Notes under the pieces: generated by a model
The model's database searches: none
Told to the model about the DNA's origin: nothing
Seen by the model: the letters and a program-made list of their open reading frames with translations, nothing else
Source: an uncultured Syntrophomonadaceae bacterium
GTDB taxonomy: Bacteria; Bacillota; Ch66; Ch109
DNA: 50,237 bases
Assembly: GCA_964556555.1 (NCBI GenBank)
Contig: CAZKWP010000001.1
Coordinates: 7,849-58,085, forward strand
Direction of reading: 5' to 3'
Shown here: positions 35,254 through 44,386 of the stretch, piece after piece
Position numbering within the stretch: position 1 is the first letter of the stretch
How the letters are laid out: each line of letters begins with the position of its first letter
Made by a program: the position numbers and the translations under genes

Positions 35254-37006
35254 TTTGTTCACCTCCCGCCGACTGATTCCCGGCTTTCTCGATGGCTTCA
35301 AACGCGCAAACCTGGGCGCATAACCCGCAACCGCTGCACTGCTGCGGATTGATGGTGACTTTTTCGTCTCTGAATTCCAAGCCGGGACAGCCGGTCCGCA
35401 AACAGACCTTGCAGCCGGTACACTTGTCGTTTACCTCATAAAGCAGGCCGCTCGGTTTTTCGATTAAGACGCAAGGTCTCCGGGCAATAATCACCGAAGG
35501 CGTCTCTACCGCCAATTCCTCTTTGAGTACTTGGCGCGTCTGTTTCAAGTCTAACGGGTCTACTACCCGTACCCGTTCGATGCCGATCGCCCGAACCAGC
35601 TTTTCTAAGTCAATTTGGTAGGTCTCCTGACCACAGACGTCCCGGCCGGTGCCCGGATGATCCTGATGCCCGGTCATGGCGGTGGTCCCATTATCTAAAA
35701 TCAAGACCGTCGTGGTGCCGCGGTTATAAACCACATCAATCAGCGGGGTAATCCCGGAATGAACAAAAGTGGAATCCCCAATCACCGCCACCTGTTTGCG
35801 GGCAAACTCTTTACCGCGGGCCTTCTCCATCCCTAACGCCATGCCAATGCTGCCGCCCATGCAAACGCAGCTGTCCATGCTGGCTAAAGGTGGCAGTGCG
35901 CCTAAAGTGTAGCAGCCAATATCGCCATTCACCGTTATTTTCATCCGGTTCAACTGATAAAAAATGCCGCGGTGCGGACACCCTGGGCAAAGGACTGGAG
36001 GCCGGGCCGGCAAAGTTTCGGCTAAAACATAGGCCGGTTCGGCTTTAACCCCCAGTATTTTTTCCGCCAGCAGTTCCGGGCTGAATTCATGCACCCGCGG
36101 GAAAAGTTCTTTCCCAATTACGTTAAGTCCCCAGGCCCGAATCTGTTCCTCCAGGATGGGTTCCAGTTCCTCGATGACGTAAACCTTTTTAACCCCGGCG
36201 ACAAATTCCTCAATCATCTTCCGCGGCAGGGGATTGGTTAAACCCAGTTTTAAATAGGAAGCGTCAGGCAGAACCTCCCGGGCGTATTGGTAAACCACTC
36301 CGCTGGTGATAATTCCGATTTCCCGGTCTCCCCACTCAATCCGATTCAGCCCGGTCTTTTCCGCGTATTCCCGCAACGCAGCCATTCGTTCTTCCACTTT
36401 GAGATGCCGGGCGCGGGCATGACCCGGAAGCATCACGTATTTCGCCGCATCCTTGGCATAAGGAAGGACCGGTACCTCGGTTCTTTCCCTTGATGCGGAT
36501 ACCAGGCTCATGGAATGCGCTAAACGCGTAGTTACCCGCAAGAGGACCGGGGCATCAAAAGCCTCGCTCAATTCAAAGGCTACCTTGACCATTTCCTTAA
36601 TTTCCTGGCTGTCCGACGGCTCAAGCATGGGGAGTTTCGCCATCCGGGCATAACCTCGATTGTCCTGTTCGTTCTGCGAGCTGTGCATGCCTGGGTCATC
36701 CGCCGAAACCAGCACCAGGCCGCCGTTAACGCCGGTATAGGCAAAGGTGAACAGCGGGTCTGCCGCTACGTTAACCCCCACGTGCTTCATCGCCACCAGG
36801 GTTCGCGCTCCGCCGAGCGATGCCCCGACCGCCACCTCCAGGGCTACCTTTTCATTGGGTGACCACTCGGTATAAATCTCCGGATATTTGGAACAATTCT
36901 CGATTATTTCGGTGCTGGGTGTGCCGGGATAGGCTGTCGCTACCCGCACCCCGGCTTCATATGCTCCTAAAGCCAAAGCCTCATTACCCAAAAGCAGTTC
37001 GATCAT
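35243..37006 (-). CDS. iorA: Indolepyruvate:ferredoxin oxidoreductase alpha subunit
   Basis: 587 aa with a TPP-binding domain (GDSTFVHSG) and two C-terminal 4Fe-4S motifs (CTGCKVCLRTGCP and CSGCGLCAQVCAFEAI). It overlaps the iorB start. Confidence 0.92.
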   Translation of the reverse strand: MIELLLGNEALALGAYEAGVRVATAYPGTPSTEIIENCSKYPEIYTEWSPNEKVALEVAVGASLGGARTLVAMKHVGVNVAADPLFTFAYTGVNGGLVLVSADDPGMHSSQNEQDNRGYARMAKLPMLEPSDSQEIKEMVKVAFELSEAFDAPVLLRVTTRLAHSMSLVSASRERTEVPVLPYAKDAAKYVMLPGHARARHLKVEERMAALREYAEKTGLNRIEWGDREIGIITSGVVYQYAREVLPDASYLKLGLTNPLPRKMIEEFVAGVKKVYVIEELEPILEEQIRAWGLNVIGKELFPRVHEFSPELLAEKILGVKAEPAYVLAETLPARPPVLCPGCPHRGIFYQLNRMKITVNGDIGCYTLGALPPLASMDSCVCMGGSIGMALGMEKARGKEFARKQVAVIGDSTFVHSGITPLIDVVYNRGTTTVLILDNGTTAMTGHQDHPGTGRDVCGQETYQIDLEKLVRAIGIERVRVVDPLDLKQTRQVLKEELAVETPSVIIARRPCVLIEKPSGLLYEVNDKCTGCKVCLRTGCPGLEFRDEKVTINPQQCSGCGLCAQVCAFEAIEKAGNQSAGGEQSGK

Positions 37007-37280
37007 GAACTTCCTTTCTGCCTCCCTGTTTACTATTTGTATACTTTCCTGCTTCTTTGTTCATTTACTTTTGCTTGCTCTGATTACTTTATTATAATTT
37101 TTTAATTTCCTATGTCTTAGCCAACTTGTCCCTATAAAGATAGAGCCCCGCTATTTATGGACCCAACCATAGCATAGACCAAGGCTCACCAGCACCACTT
37201 CAGTTTATAAGTTCAACAAAAAAAGCAAATTTCCTTTTTTATTGACCAAATTCGTCGCTTATCCCGCTTAGTGTTCGAAC

Positions 37281-38126
37281 CTAGGGAGTGTCGGCTCCTC
37301 CTACCACCTCTTTAACAAAGGGAGGCAAGACCAAGGCTGCCCGATGCACAGCCGGGGTATAGTAACGCAAAGCCATATTGTCCAGCGCTGGTTTCACCTG
37401 AGCCGGCTGCCATGGGTCATACTTTTTGGAGGCCAGGGAAAAAGTCCAAAACCCGGCAATATAGCTGGGAATACAGGTTAAATAAACCCGAGTAATCGGG
37501 AATATTTCCTGGAGGTTCCTAGACACCCCTGCCAGCAGTTCCCGATTAAAAATGGGGGATTCGGTCTGAGCCACCATGAGGCCGTCTGCTTTAAGGACCT
37601 GGTAAACATCCTGGTAAAACTCCCGGCCAAACAGCCCAGTCGCGGGGCCTATCGGATCCGAAGAATCGATTAAGACAATATCGTATTTCTGTTTAGTCTG
37701 TTTGACATACTGCAGTCCGTCCGTCACGATAATCTGCACTCTTGGATCAGCCAGGGATTCGCCCACCTCCGGCAGAAAGCGCCGGGAAGCGGCTATTACC
37801 TGCGGATCGATCTCGACTAAATCCACTCGGCTGGGGTTGTGTTTAAGTACTTCCCGAACCGTTGCTCCATCCCCTCCCCCGATAATCAATACTTCCTGGG
37901 GATGGGGGTGGGTAAACAGCGGAACATGGGTAATCATCTCGTGGTAAATAAATTCGTCCGCCTGGGTAATCTGTACGATTCCATCCAAAATTAAAGCCCG
38001 GCCAAAATCCGCCGTTTCTACCACCGCTAACTCCTGGTAAGGTGTTTTTTCGGTATATATAGTGCGAGTTATTTTCCAATTTACGCTGTATCCTGGGGTA
38101 TGTCCTTCCACGAGCCATAATTCCAT
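37281..38126 (-). CDS. speE: Spermidine synthase (polyamine aminopropyltransferase)
   Basis: The motifs YHEM..H, IIGGGDGATVREVLKH and DSSDPIGPA are present. 281 aa. Confidence 0.92.
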   Translation of the reverse strand: MELWLVEGHTPGYSVNWKITRTIYTEKTPYQELAVVETADFGRALILDGIVQITQADEFIYHEMITHVPLFTHPHPQEVLIIGGGDGATVREVLKHNPSRVDLVEIDPQVIAASRRFLPEVGESLADPRVQIIVTDGLQYVKQTKQKYDIVLIDSSDPIGPATGLFGREFYQDVYQVLKADGLMVAQTESPIFNRELLAGVSRNLQEIFPITRVYLTCIPSYIAGFWTFSLASKKYDPWQPAQVKPALDNMALRYYTPAVHRAALVLPPFVKEVVGGADTP

Positions 38127-38192
38127 CCGGAAAAATACCTCCTTCCATAGTTAGTCGCTTCATACTTAAATTATTTAGCCAGCGGGTCGTGT

Positions 38193-38951
38193 TTACCTTC
38201 GGTACCAGGCTTCGCGTTCCTGACTTTTCAGGTGTCGGATATCTTTTTCCACCATCAGTCGGCAGGAACGGCAGAGATGTATAATCCGGGAGGTAGTTCT
38301 TTCGCCCAGATGTTCATCCAGTTCCCCTAAACTCAAGTTGGTAGTGATTATGACCGGCAGTTGATGGTTGGTCCGATAGTTCAGCAGACTATAAAGCGTA
38401 TTGCGGGTCCAATCCGTATAATTGTGAGCCCCCAAGTCATCCAAAACCAACAGCGGGATCTGCCGCACCTGCTCCATTAGTTGTTGGTAATCCGTCTCCT
38501 CAGAGCGCCGGTAACTGGCTCGCAGTTCGTTTAAAAAATCTGGGACCACTAAAAAAAGCAGACTAATTCCTTGGTCTATCAGGGCATTACAGATTGCGGC
38601 AGCCAAAAACGTTTTGCCGCTGCCCACCGGACCTACAAACATAAGGCCGCTCGTGTGCGGATCTTTTTGGAAATCCCGCACAAATCCCTCAGCCGCCTGC
38701 AAAGCCTGTCCGGCTCCTTGAAAGTAAGTGATCGGTTTATCGGGATAACGCAAATGCTTAGCGTAATACTCCAACTTAAAAAACTCAAACCGCTGCCGGT
38801 TTAATTCCAGAGAGAGCCCGGCTCTCTGACGGCGCTGCCAGTTTAGTTTTTCCTGCACGCATTGGCAAAGCACCGCCCCGTTGGTGGTTATGATTAATTT
38901 TCGATCCTGACACTGGGGGCAGGAAACCTTAGTCTCATCCAATAGGGTCAC
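38193..38951 (-). CDS. dnaI: DnaI/DnaC-type helicase loader (IstB-like AAA+ ATPase) with an N-terminal zinc finger
   Basis: It has CPQC..(17)..CQC, Walker A GPVGSGKTFLAAA and Walker B LLVLDDLG. It lies immediately downstream of a DnaD-domain gene. Confidence 0.8.
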   Translation of the reverse strand: MTLLDETKVSCPQCQDRKLIITTNGAVLCQCVQEKLNWQRRQRAGLSLELNRQRFEFFKLEYYAKHLRYPDKPITYFQGAGQALQAAEGFVRDFQKDPHTSGLMFVGPVGSGKTFLAAAICNALIDQGISLLFLVVPDFLNELRASYRRSEETDYQQLMEQVRQIPLLVLDDLGAHNYTDWTRNTLYSLLNYRTNHQLPVIITTNLSLGELDEHLGERTTSRIIHLCRSCRLMVEKDIRHLKSQEREAWYRR

Positions 38952-38953
38952 CT

Positions 38954-39802
38954 CTAGACACTGTACAAATCCCGATACTTTTCTTCTTTATTCGGTTCGG
39001 CCTTGGACGAACCAGCTGCCCTGGCGTTTCGGACGGAGGTACGCTTACCCAGAGCCTTTTTTTCCTGAAAAGCCTCTTCCATCTGCCGGACTTCCCGCAG
39101 GGAGCGCAGGTTTTTTCGCTGCCAATCCTGTAAGATCCGTTCAATATAGCGCAAATTAAAAGAGCCATTAAGCACCGAGAGCCTAAGGGCTTCGGCAACT
39201 AATTCCAGAGGATGCTGCTCGCACCAGCTGATAATCAGTTCTCCCTCAATTGGGCTTAAGGGACGGCCAAACTCATTTTCAAAACTTTTATAGACCTTAC
39301 CGGCAGTTTCCGAAATAGAACCCGCGGCAGCGACCGCCGTTTTTTTAGCCAAATTAGAATTGGCGGCCTTCCGCTGTTTATCCTTCCGAGCCTGTAATAG
39401 TTTTTGCTGTGCCTCAAATTGGTTATTCTTCTCCAAGGCCCAGACCTCGGCTAATCTATCGAACAGTCCCTTCAGATTATAGACCGGGATTATTTCCAAA
39501 GACTCGGCGTCGATCAATTCGTCTATGGCTAAAACCTTTTTTTCCTGCAAATGTTCTAAACAATCCTCAATCTCTCCGGCCGAAGAGCTCATCAAGTCCT
39601 GCAGGTTTTCGGTCACTAGCCGTAAGTTCTTGTGCTCAGAGCTCAGATGAATTAAGTGTAATAACACAATCATTTCCTGATCGCTGATCCCCATACTCCG
39701 GTAAGCACGCAACAATAAATTGGGTACGCTGGTGTACCCTTGGTCGAGCAAATCCCGGCCAAACTCGGCTATCAGATTGGTCTTGCTTGCCAATCCTACC
39801 AA
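38954..39802 (-). CDS. DnaD/DnaB_2-domain replication initiation (primosome) protein
   Basis: It has an N-terminal winged-helix-like region (YTSVPNLLLRAYRSMGISDQEMIVLLHL) and a C-terminal DnaD repeat (FENEFGRPLSPIEGELIISW....YIERILQDWQRKNL). The exact TTG start is uncertain (39802 or 39793). Confidence 0.75.
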   Translation of the reverse strand: MVGLASKTNLIAEFGRDLLDQGYTSVPNLLLRAYRSMGISDQEMIVLLHLIHLSSEHKNLRLVTENLQDLMSSSAGEIEDCLEHLQEKKVLAIDELIDAESLEIIPVYNLKGLFDRLAEVWALEKNNQFEAQQKLLQARKDKQRKAANSNLAKKTAVAAAGSISETAGKVYKSFENEFGRPLSPIEGELIISWCEQHPLELVAEALRLSVLNGSFNLRYIERILQDWQRKNLRSLREVRQMEEAFQEKKALGKRTSVRNARAAGSSKAEPNKEEKYRDLYSV

Positions 39803-39955
39803 TCCTTTCTCCGATTAAATGACAACGACTAATTATAACATCCTTCCTAGTTTATGCCTAGTTGACCAATGGCCGTTATCCGTCTTTGTTGTCTGCTTTT
39901 AAGCCCTGCCGGCAAATGCCTGTACTTTATCGTTCAGTTATTAATAATCTGTATT

Positions 39956-41578
39956 CTAACGCGGCTCTTCCAGGTTTCCAGCCAAGGTACAGGCAACCAC
40001 TTGATTTTCCAGTTCTTTAATCTGTTCTAAAGTCAGCTCGTACCGCTTATCGTCCAGTCCGCGTTCTACTAATTCCCGCAGCTTCAGGCGCAGTTGCGTA
40101 TATCTCCGTTCAATCTGCGCACAAAGCTCCGCCTCATCCAGGACCTTACTTTCCGAAGCCGGTTCCGCAGCACGGACCGTAATCGGGGGCAGTTCCGCCA
40201 CTTCCAGCCAATAGGGAATGCGGGTAGGAATCTTGGTTTGGTCGGAGATAAGCTGGGCCAAGTTCTCGGAAGCCTCAGCTTCCCCATGTACAACAAAGAT
40301 ACAGCCAGGACCGACGCGGAAACGTTTAACCCATTGGAGCAGCTTATCCTGGTCGGAATGCCCAGAGAATCCCTCCAGGTTATGGATTTGCGCTCTAACC
40401 TGGACTTCTTCGCCGTGAATTTTAACCTTTTTTTCTCCATCCAGTATCCGGCGCCCTAAAGTGCCTTCAGCCTGATAACCCACGAAGACGATGGAAGACT
40501 CGGGCCGCCAGAGATTGTGTTTCAGGTGGTGTTTGATGCGGCCGGCATCGGCCATGCCGCTGGCTGAGATGATAATCGCTCCGCCTTTCATTTCATTCAA
40601 AGACTTCGATTCCTCAGAGGTCATGGAGTATCGCAAACCAGGAATCTCGAAAGGATTATTCCCGCTTTTAATCATGTCCTGGGTGTCGGAATCCAGCTCT
40701 TTTATGTGCCGTCGAAAAACCTCCGTGGCGCGAATGGCTAAGGGGCTGTCGATAATGATCGGTACTTTTGGGAGCGCCTGTTCCTTAATCAGACTGCTTA
40801 ACGTGTAAATCAAGTCCTGGGTCCGTTCCACGGCAAATGCCGGGATGATCACATTCCCGCCCCGGCCGATGGTACGTACGATAATCTCCCGGAAATCATC
40901 TTTCATATCCTTATACGGCTTATGCGTCCGGTTGCCATAGGTTGATTCTAAAAATAGGTAGTCGGCGGTTTCAATAATGGTCGGATCCTTCATTAAAGGC
41001 CGATTGTAATTGCCCACATCCCCGCTGAAGACCATCTTGATCTCCCGGCCGTCTTCCTGTACCCAAATCTCAATTAAGGACGAACCCAGGATGTGTCCCG
41101 CATCCTGGAAACGCACCGTGATCTCGGGAGTGACGGTCATAGTTTCGGCATAACCGGCCCGACGAAAAAGTTTTATGCACTCTTCCGCGTCTTTAACCGT
41201 ATAGATGGGGTTGATTTCAGGGCAACCCGCCCGCATATTCTTTCGATTTTTGCGCTCTACCTCCATCTCCTGAATGTGTGCGCTATCGGGCAGCATTACT
41301 TCACAAAGGTCAGCCGTAGCCGCAGTGCTGTAAATCGGGCCTTTAAAACCATGTCGATACAATTTGGGAATCATCCCAGAATGGTCGATATGCGCGTGGC
41401 TTAAAATCAGAAAATCAATCTTTGTAGGATCAAACACAAAACTGGCATAGTTTCTTTCTTTAATCTCCCGGGAACCCTGAAACAAACCACAGTCCACGAG
41501 GAAGCGACTTTTTTGGGTTTCCACCAGGTAACAAGATCCGGTGACGGTCCGCGCTGCCCCCAAGAATTGTATTTTCAC
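39956..41578 (-). CDS. MBL-fold beta-CASP ribonuclease (CPSF73/RNase J-like RNA-metabolising hydrolase)
   Basis: It has ILSHAHIDHSG, beta-CASP motifs, and a helical C-terminal extension of about 90 aa after the RNA-specificity domain. Confidence 0.85.
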   Translation of the reverse strand: MKIQFLGAARTVTGSCYLVETQKSRFLVDCGLFQGSREIKERNYASFVFDPTKIDFLILSHAHIDHSGMIPKLYRHGFKGPIYSTAATADLCEVMLPDSAHIQEMEVERKNRKNMRAGCPEINPIYTVKDAEECIKLFRRAGYAETMTVTPEITVRFQDAGHILGSSLIEIWVQEDGREIKMVFSGDVGNYNRPLMKDPTIIETADYLFLESTYGNRTHKPYKDMKDDFREIIVRTIGRGGNVIIPAFAVERTQDLIYTLSSLIKEQALPKVPIIIDSPLAIRATEVFRRHIKELDSDTQDMIKSGNNPFEIPGLRYSMTSEESKSLNEMKGGAIIISASGMADAGRIKHHLKHNLWRPESSIVFVGYQAEGTLGRRILDGEKKVKIHGEEVQVRAQIHNLEGFSGHSDQDKLLQWVKRFRVGPGCIFVVHGEAEASENLAQLISDQTKIPTRIPYWLEVAELPPITVRAAEPASESKVLDEAELCAQIERRYTQLRLKLRELVERGLDDKRYELTLEQIKELENQVVACTLAGNLEEPR

Positions 41579-41596
41579 GGTTTAGCCTCCCTTAAT

Positions 41597-42094
41597 CTAA
41601 CAATAGTTCATCAAGTGTTTTTCCATCGTTAAAACTTTGCTTTTCACTTTGCTCTGGGTTAAGGTTCTGTGGGTCTCTAATAAATCCATGATTTCCAACT
41701 GGGTGCGCCGGGGATTTTGGGCATGGGCCGCATCGTCAATCTGCTTTAAGCCGGTTAAAATCCAATCCAGCACTCCGCCTAAAACGGAAAAATCGTTTAA
41801 AACCATCGCGTACTTGTTAAATAACTGCTCGTAAATACCTTGGCAATAAACCTTGAGCCGATCGACCCGCTCCAAAACCTCATGACAGTAGTCCTCCGAA
41901 ATCTCGGACAATCGGCCAAGCCCCAAAAGTTGATTATGAAGCCAGTTATTATTTAACAACTGGGCCGATAATTCACTCCGACACTGCTGTTCCGTTAAGT
42001 AGTCCAGGTAAGATTCCAACTGCCTGCGTCCACTAGGCGACAGGATTGCATACTGGTTAAGGACTTTAATCTCGGCTGCACTAAACCCGTCCAT
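41597..42094 (-). CDS. Hypothetical all-helical protein (165 aa), probably co-transcribed with the beta-CASP RNase
   Basis: The ATG is preceded by GCAGGAGGA. There is an 18-nt gap to the downstream gene. No motif was recognised. Confidence 0.45.
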   Translation of the reverse strand: MDGFSAAEIKVLNQYAILSPSGRRQLESYLDYLTEQQCRSELSAQLLNNNWLHNQLLGLGRLSEISEDYCHEVLERVDRLKVYCQGIYEQLFNKYAMVLNDFSVLGGVLDWILTGLKQIDDAAHAQNPRRTQLEIMDLLETHRTLTQSKVKSKVLTMEKHLMNYC

Positions 42095-42171
42095 CGTTAA
42101 TCCTCCTGCGGGGAAGTATTTTCTCAGCTAGATTGCTCTTCCAAGTTTAACTGATTCTGGGTTTTATGGCA

Positions 42172-42198
42172 TAAACCGAAAATGGCGGTAAACCGCCA
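42172..42198 (-). terminator. Putative terminator of the alaR/alaT-like operon
   Basis: The minus strand reads TGGCGGT-TTA-ACCGCCA followed by TTTTCGGTTTAT. Confidence 0.45.
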
Positions 42199-42326
42199 CT
42201 TGGTCGTTTTGCTGATTAAATACTTCGACAGAGAAGAATCCAAATCCTGCCCCACCCATTTACGGGCTTTAAACTATTATCACCGAGTTTTCTTACCATT
42301 TCGACTAATTGTTAAGCTTAATTCAC

Positions 42327-43565
42327 TTAACTAAAGTTAAGCCGACGAAGAAACCGGCCGATTCGTTCAATGGCCTGTTCAATATTTTTGGGAGACGCCG
42401 CATAACAGCAGCGGATAAAACCTTCTCCGCACGGACCAAAGGCGTTGCCAGGGACTACCGCTACTTTTTCTTGGGCCAACAGTTTTTCGCCAAATTCTTC
42501 ACTGGAGAAGCCGGTCTTTTTTATGGAAGGAAACGTATAGAAAGCCCCTTTGGGTTCAAAACAGTCGAGCCCTAAGTCCCTGAATCCCTGCAACATCAGA
42601 CGCCGGCGCTGATCGTAGGAGTGAACCATCCGCAAAACCTCCGACTCCCCGTTCCGCAGCGCTTCCACGCCGGCCCGCTGGGCTTGCGTCGGCGCGCACA
42701 TAATCACGTACTGGTGGATTTTACACATGGCTTCAATAATCGGAGCCGGGCCGGCCGCATACCCTAACCGCCAGCCGGTCATGGCAAAGGCTTTAGAAAA
42801 ACCGTTCATGACCAAAGTCCGTTCCGCCATTCCCTCCAAAGAAGCTATCGAAACGTGCTTGCCTTCATAAGTAAGCTCAGCGTAGATTTCGTCAGAGATG
42901 ACCAGAAGGTTATGCTCCTTTACTATCTCCGCGATTGCCTGCAGATGCTCCAGCTGCATCACCGCGCCGGTGGGATTGCTGGGAAAAGCCAGGATCAGCA
43001 CCTTGCTTTGGGGGGTAATGGCAGCGCGCAGTTTTTCCGGGGTCAGCCGAAACTCATCTTCGGCTTGGGTGACGACCCCGACCACTTTTCCTCCGGCCAT
43101 GTTGACGCAAGGTTCATAGGAAACAAAACAGGGTTGGGGAATCAGCACTTCATCCCCAGGACAAAGAACGGTTCTTAAGGCAATGTCTACCGCCTCGCTA
43201 ACCCCTACGGTTACTAAAATTTCGTTTTCCGGGCGATAGATTAAATTAAACTTACGATGCAAATAGCGGGCAATTTCCTCCCGCAGTTCCGGCAGACCCC
43301 AATTGGAGGTGTAGCTGGTATGCCCCTTCTCCAAATAATAAACGCAAGCCTCCCGAATGTGCCAGGGCGTGACAAAATCAGGTTCGCCAACGCCCAGGGA
43401 GATAACCCCTTCGGTCTGGGAGACTAAATCAAAAAACTTCCGGATGCCGGAAGGCGGCATATCCCGAACCAGCGGTGAAACACAGGCGGCCGGGTCCCAG
43501 GCCGGTTTGGCCTTCCTTGGCCTGACCACGGTAAGGTCGGATTCCTTCCTGTTATTTTTGGTCAT
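42327..43565 (-). CDS. Class I/II PLP-dependent aminotransferase (AlaT/YugH-like, alanine or aspartate aminotransferase)
   Basis: It has IRKFFDLV...VISLGVGEPDF, the PLP-lysine motif NGFSKAFAMTGWRLGY, and a start that overlaps the regulator stop (ATGA). Confidence 0.85.
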   Translation of the reverse strand: MTKNNRKESDLTVVRPRKAKPAWDPAACVSPLVRDMPPSGIRKFFDLVSQTEGVISLGVGEPDFVTPWHIREACVYYLEKGHTSYTSNWGLPELREEIARYLHRKFNLIYRPENEILVTVGVSEAVDIALRTVLCPGDEVLIPQPCFVSYEPCVNMAGGKVVGVVTQAEDEFRLTPEKLRAAITPQSKVLILAFPSNPTGAVMQLEHLQAIAEIVKEHNLLVISDEIYAELTYEGKHVSIASLEGMAERTLVMNGFSKAFAMTGWRLGYAAGPAPIIEAMCKIHQYVIMCAPTQAQRAGVEALRNGESEVLRMVHSYDQRRRLMLQGFRDLGLDCFEPKGAFYTFPSIKKTGFSSEEFGEKLLAQEKVAVVPGNAFGPCGEGFIRCCYAASPKNIEQAIERIGRFLRRLNFS

Positions 43566-44041
43566 GGGGTCACCACCAATCTAAAATCTTCTTCACTGTC
43601 TTCAAAGATAACCCCGTCTTGTTTATATTTCTTCAATACAAAATGGGTAGCCGTACCCTGCACGTGCTCCAAAGTCGCCAGTTTTTCGGCAACGAAAAAG
43701 GCTACCTCTTGCATGCTTTTGCCTTCAATGGTTACCAGCAGATCATAGGCGCCGGACATCAGGTACACGCTTCTGACCTGCGGGAAGCGATAAATGCGTT
43801 CCGCCACCTTTTCAAAACCCACTTCCCGTTCCGGGGTGACCTTTACCTCAATTACGGCCGTAACGCCGTTACCGCCGATGCGGTCCCAATTAATCAAGGT
43901 CTTATGACTTAAAATTACTTTTTCTTTTTCCAGTTCCGTCAGTACCTTGGTTACCCAGTCTACTTCACGGCCTAGACGCACCGCAATCTCTTCCGGGGTT
44001 ATCCGGCCGTCTTCCTGCAACAATTCGAGGACTTCGCGCAA
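43562..44041 (-). CDS. Lrp/AsnC-family transcriptional regulator (AlaR/YugG-like)
   Basis: It has the HTH LELLQEDGRITPEEIAVRLG plus a C-terminal RAM/AsnC_trans_reg domain. The start is placed at the TTG at 44041, 9 nt after GGGAGCGG/GGAG. The track start at 44089 lies inside the T-box terminator. Confidence 0.85.
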   Translation of the reverse strand: MREVLELLQEDGRITPEEIAVRLGREVDWVTKVLTELEKEKVILSHKTLINWDRIGGNGVTAVIEVKVTPEREVGFEKVAERIYRFPQVRSVYLMSGAYDLLVTIEGKSMQEVAFFVAEKLATLEHVQGTATHFVLKKYKQDGVIFEDSEEDFRLVVTP

Positions 44042-44065
44042 ATATTTCCGCTCCCTTCCCTTAAA

Positions 44066-44351
44066 TAATAAAAAAGCCTCTCTCCCCAAGGGACGAGAGA
44101 CTTATCTCGCGGTACCACCCTAATTGGCTGTTAAAGCCCACCTCAAAATTCCCTTTAACGGAGGGATAACCGATCAGATCTACTGGACCATTCACTTAGG
44201 CTAAGCTTAATGCCCACGTGGAATGGTTTTTCAACCGACAGCTTCCGGGTGGCTTTCTTTGGTTTCTCCGACCGGCCTTCCACCCCCGCCGGCTCGCTGG
44301 ACGAAGATTGCCAATTACTATCCCGTTCATCGCTGATTTCATATCTTATTA
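44066..44351 (-). promoter_or_regulatory. T-box riboswitch leader (tRNA-sensing transcription attenuator), apparent specifier GCC (Ala)
   Basis: These minus-strand elements were read directly:
- GCGATGAACGGGATAGTA, the K-turn/GA motif plus AGTA box, at 44333 downward.
- AG bulge AGCGAG.
- Distal hairpin CCGGC-GGGGGTGGAAG-GCCGG.
- Specifier-loop-like AGAAA-GCC-A-CCCG (GCC at 44251-44253).
- The canonical T-box AATTAGGGTGGTACCGCG (44108-44125).
- The terminator AGTCTCTC..GAGAGAGGCT plus TTTTTT (44066-44102). Confidence 0.85.
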
Positions 44352-44357
44352 GTTGTC

Positions 44358-44386
44358 ATTTTAACACCCTTATTTCCCGGAGTCAA
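44358..44386 (-). promoter_or_regulatory. Sigma-A-type promoter driving the T-box leader
   Basis: The minus strand reads TTGACT (44381-44386), a 17-nt spacer, then TAAAAT (44358-44363). Confidence 0.55.

Noticed and set aside
34975-35301. 108-aa ORF that might be an independent gene between iorA and iorB
   Set aside because: Its central part is the canonical IorB N-terminus (IVGVGGQGTLLASRVL). It is the upstream half of the frameshifted iorB, not a separate gene.
44042-44089. Longer N-terminus (TTG at 44089) for the Lrp/AsnC regulator
   Set aside because: These codons coincide with the T-box terminator stem and U-tract. An RBS-linked TTG at 44041 gives a normal 159-aa Lrp/AsnC protein.
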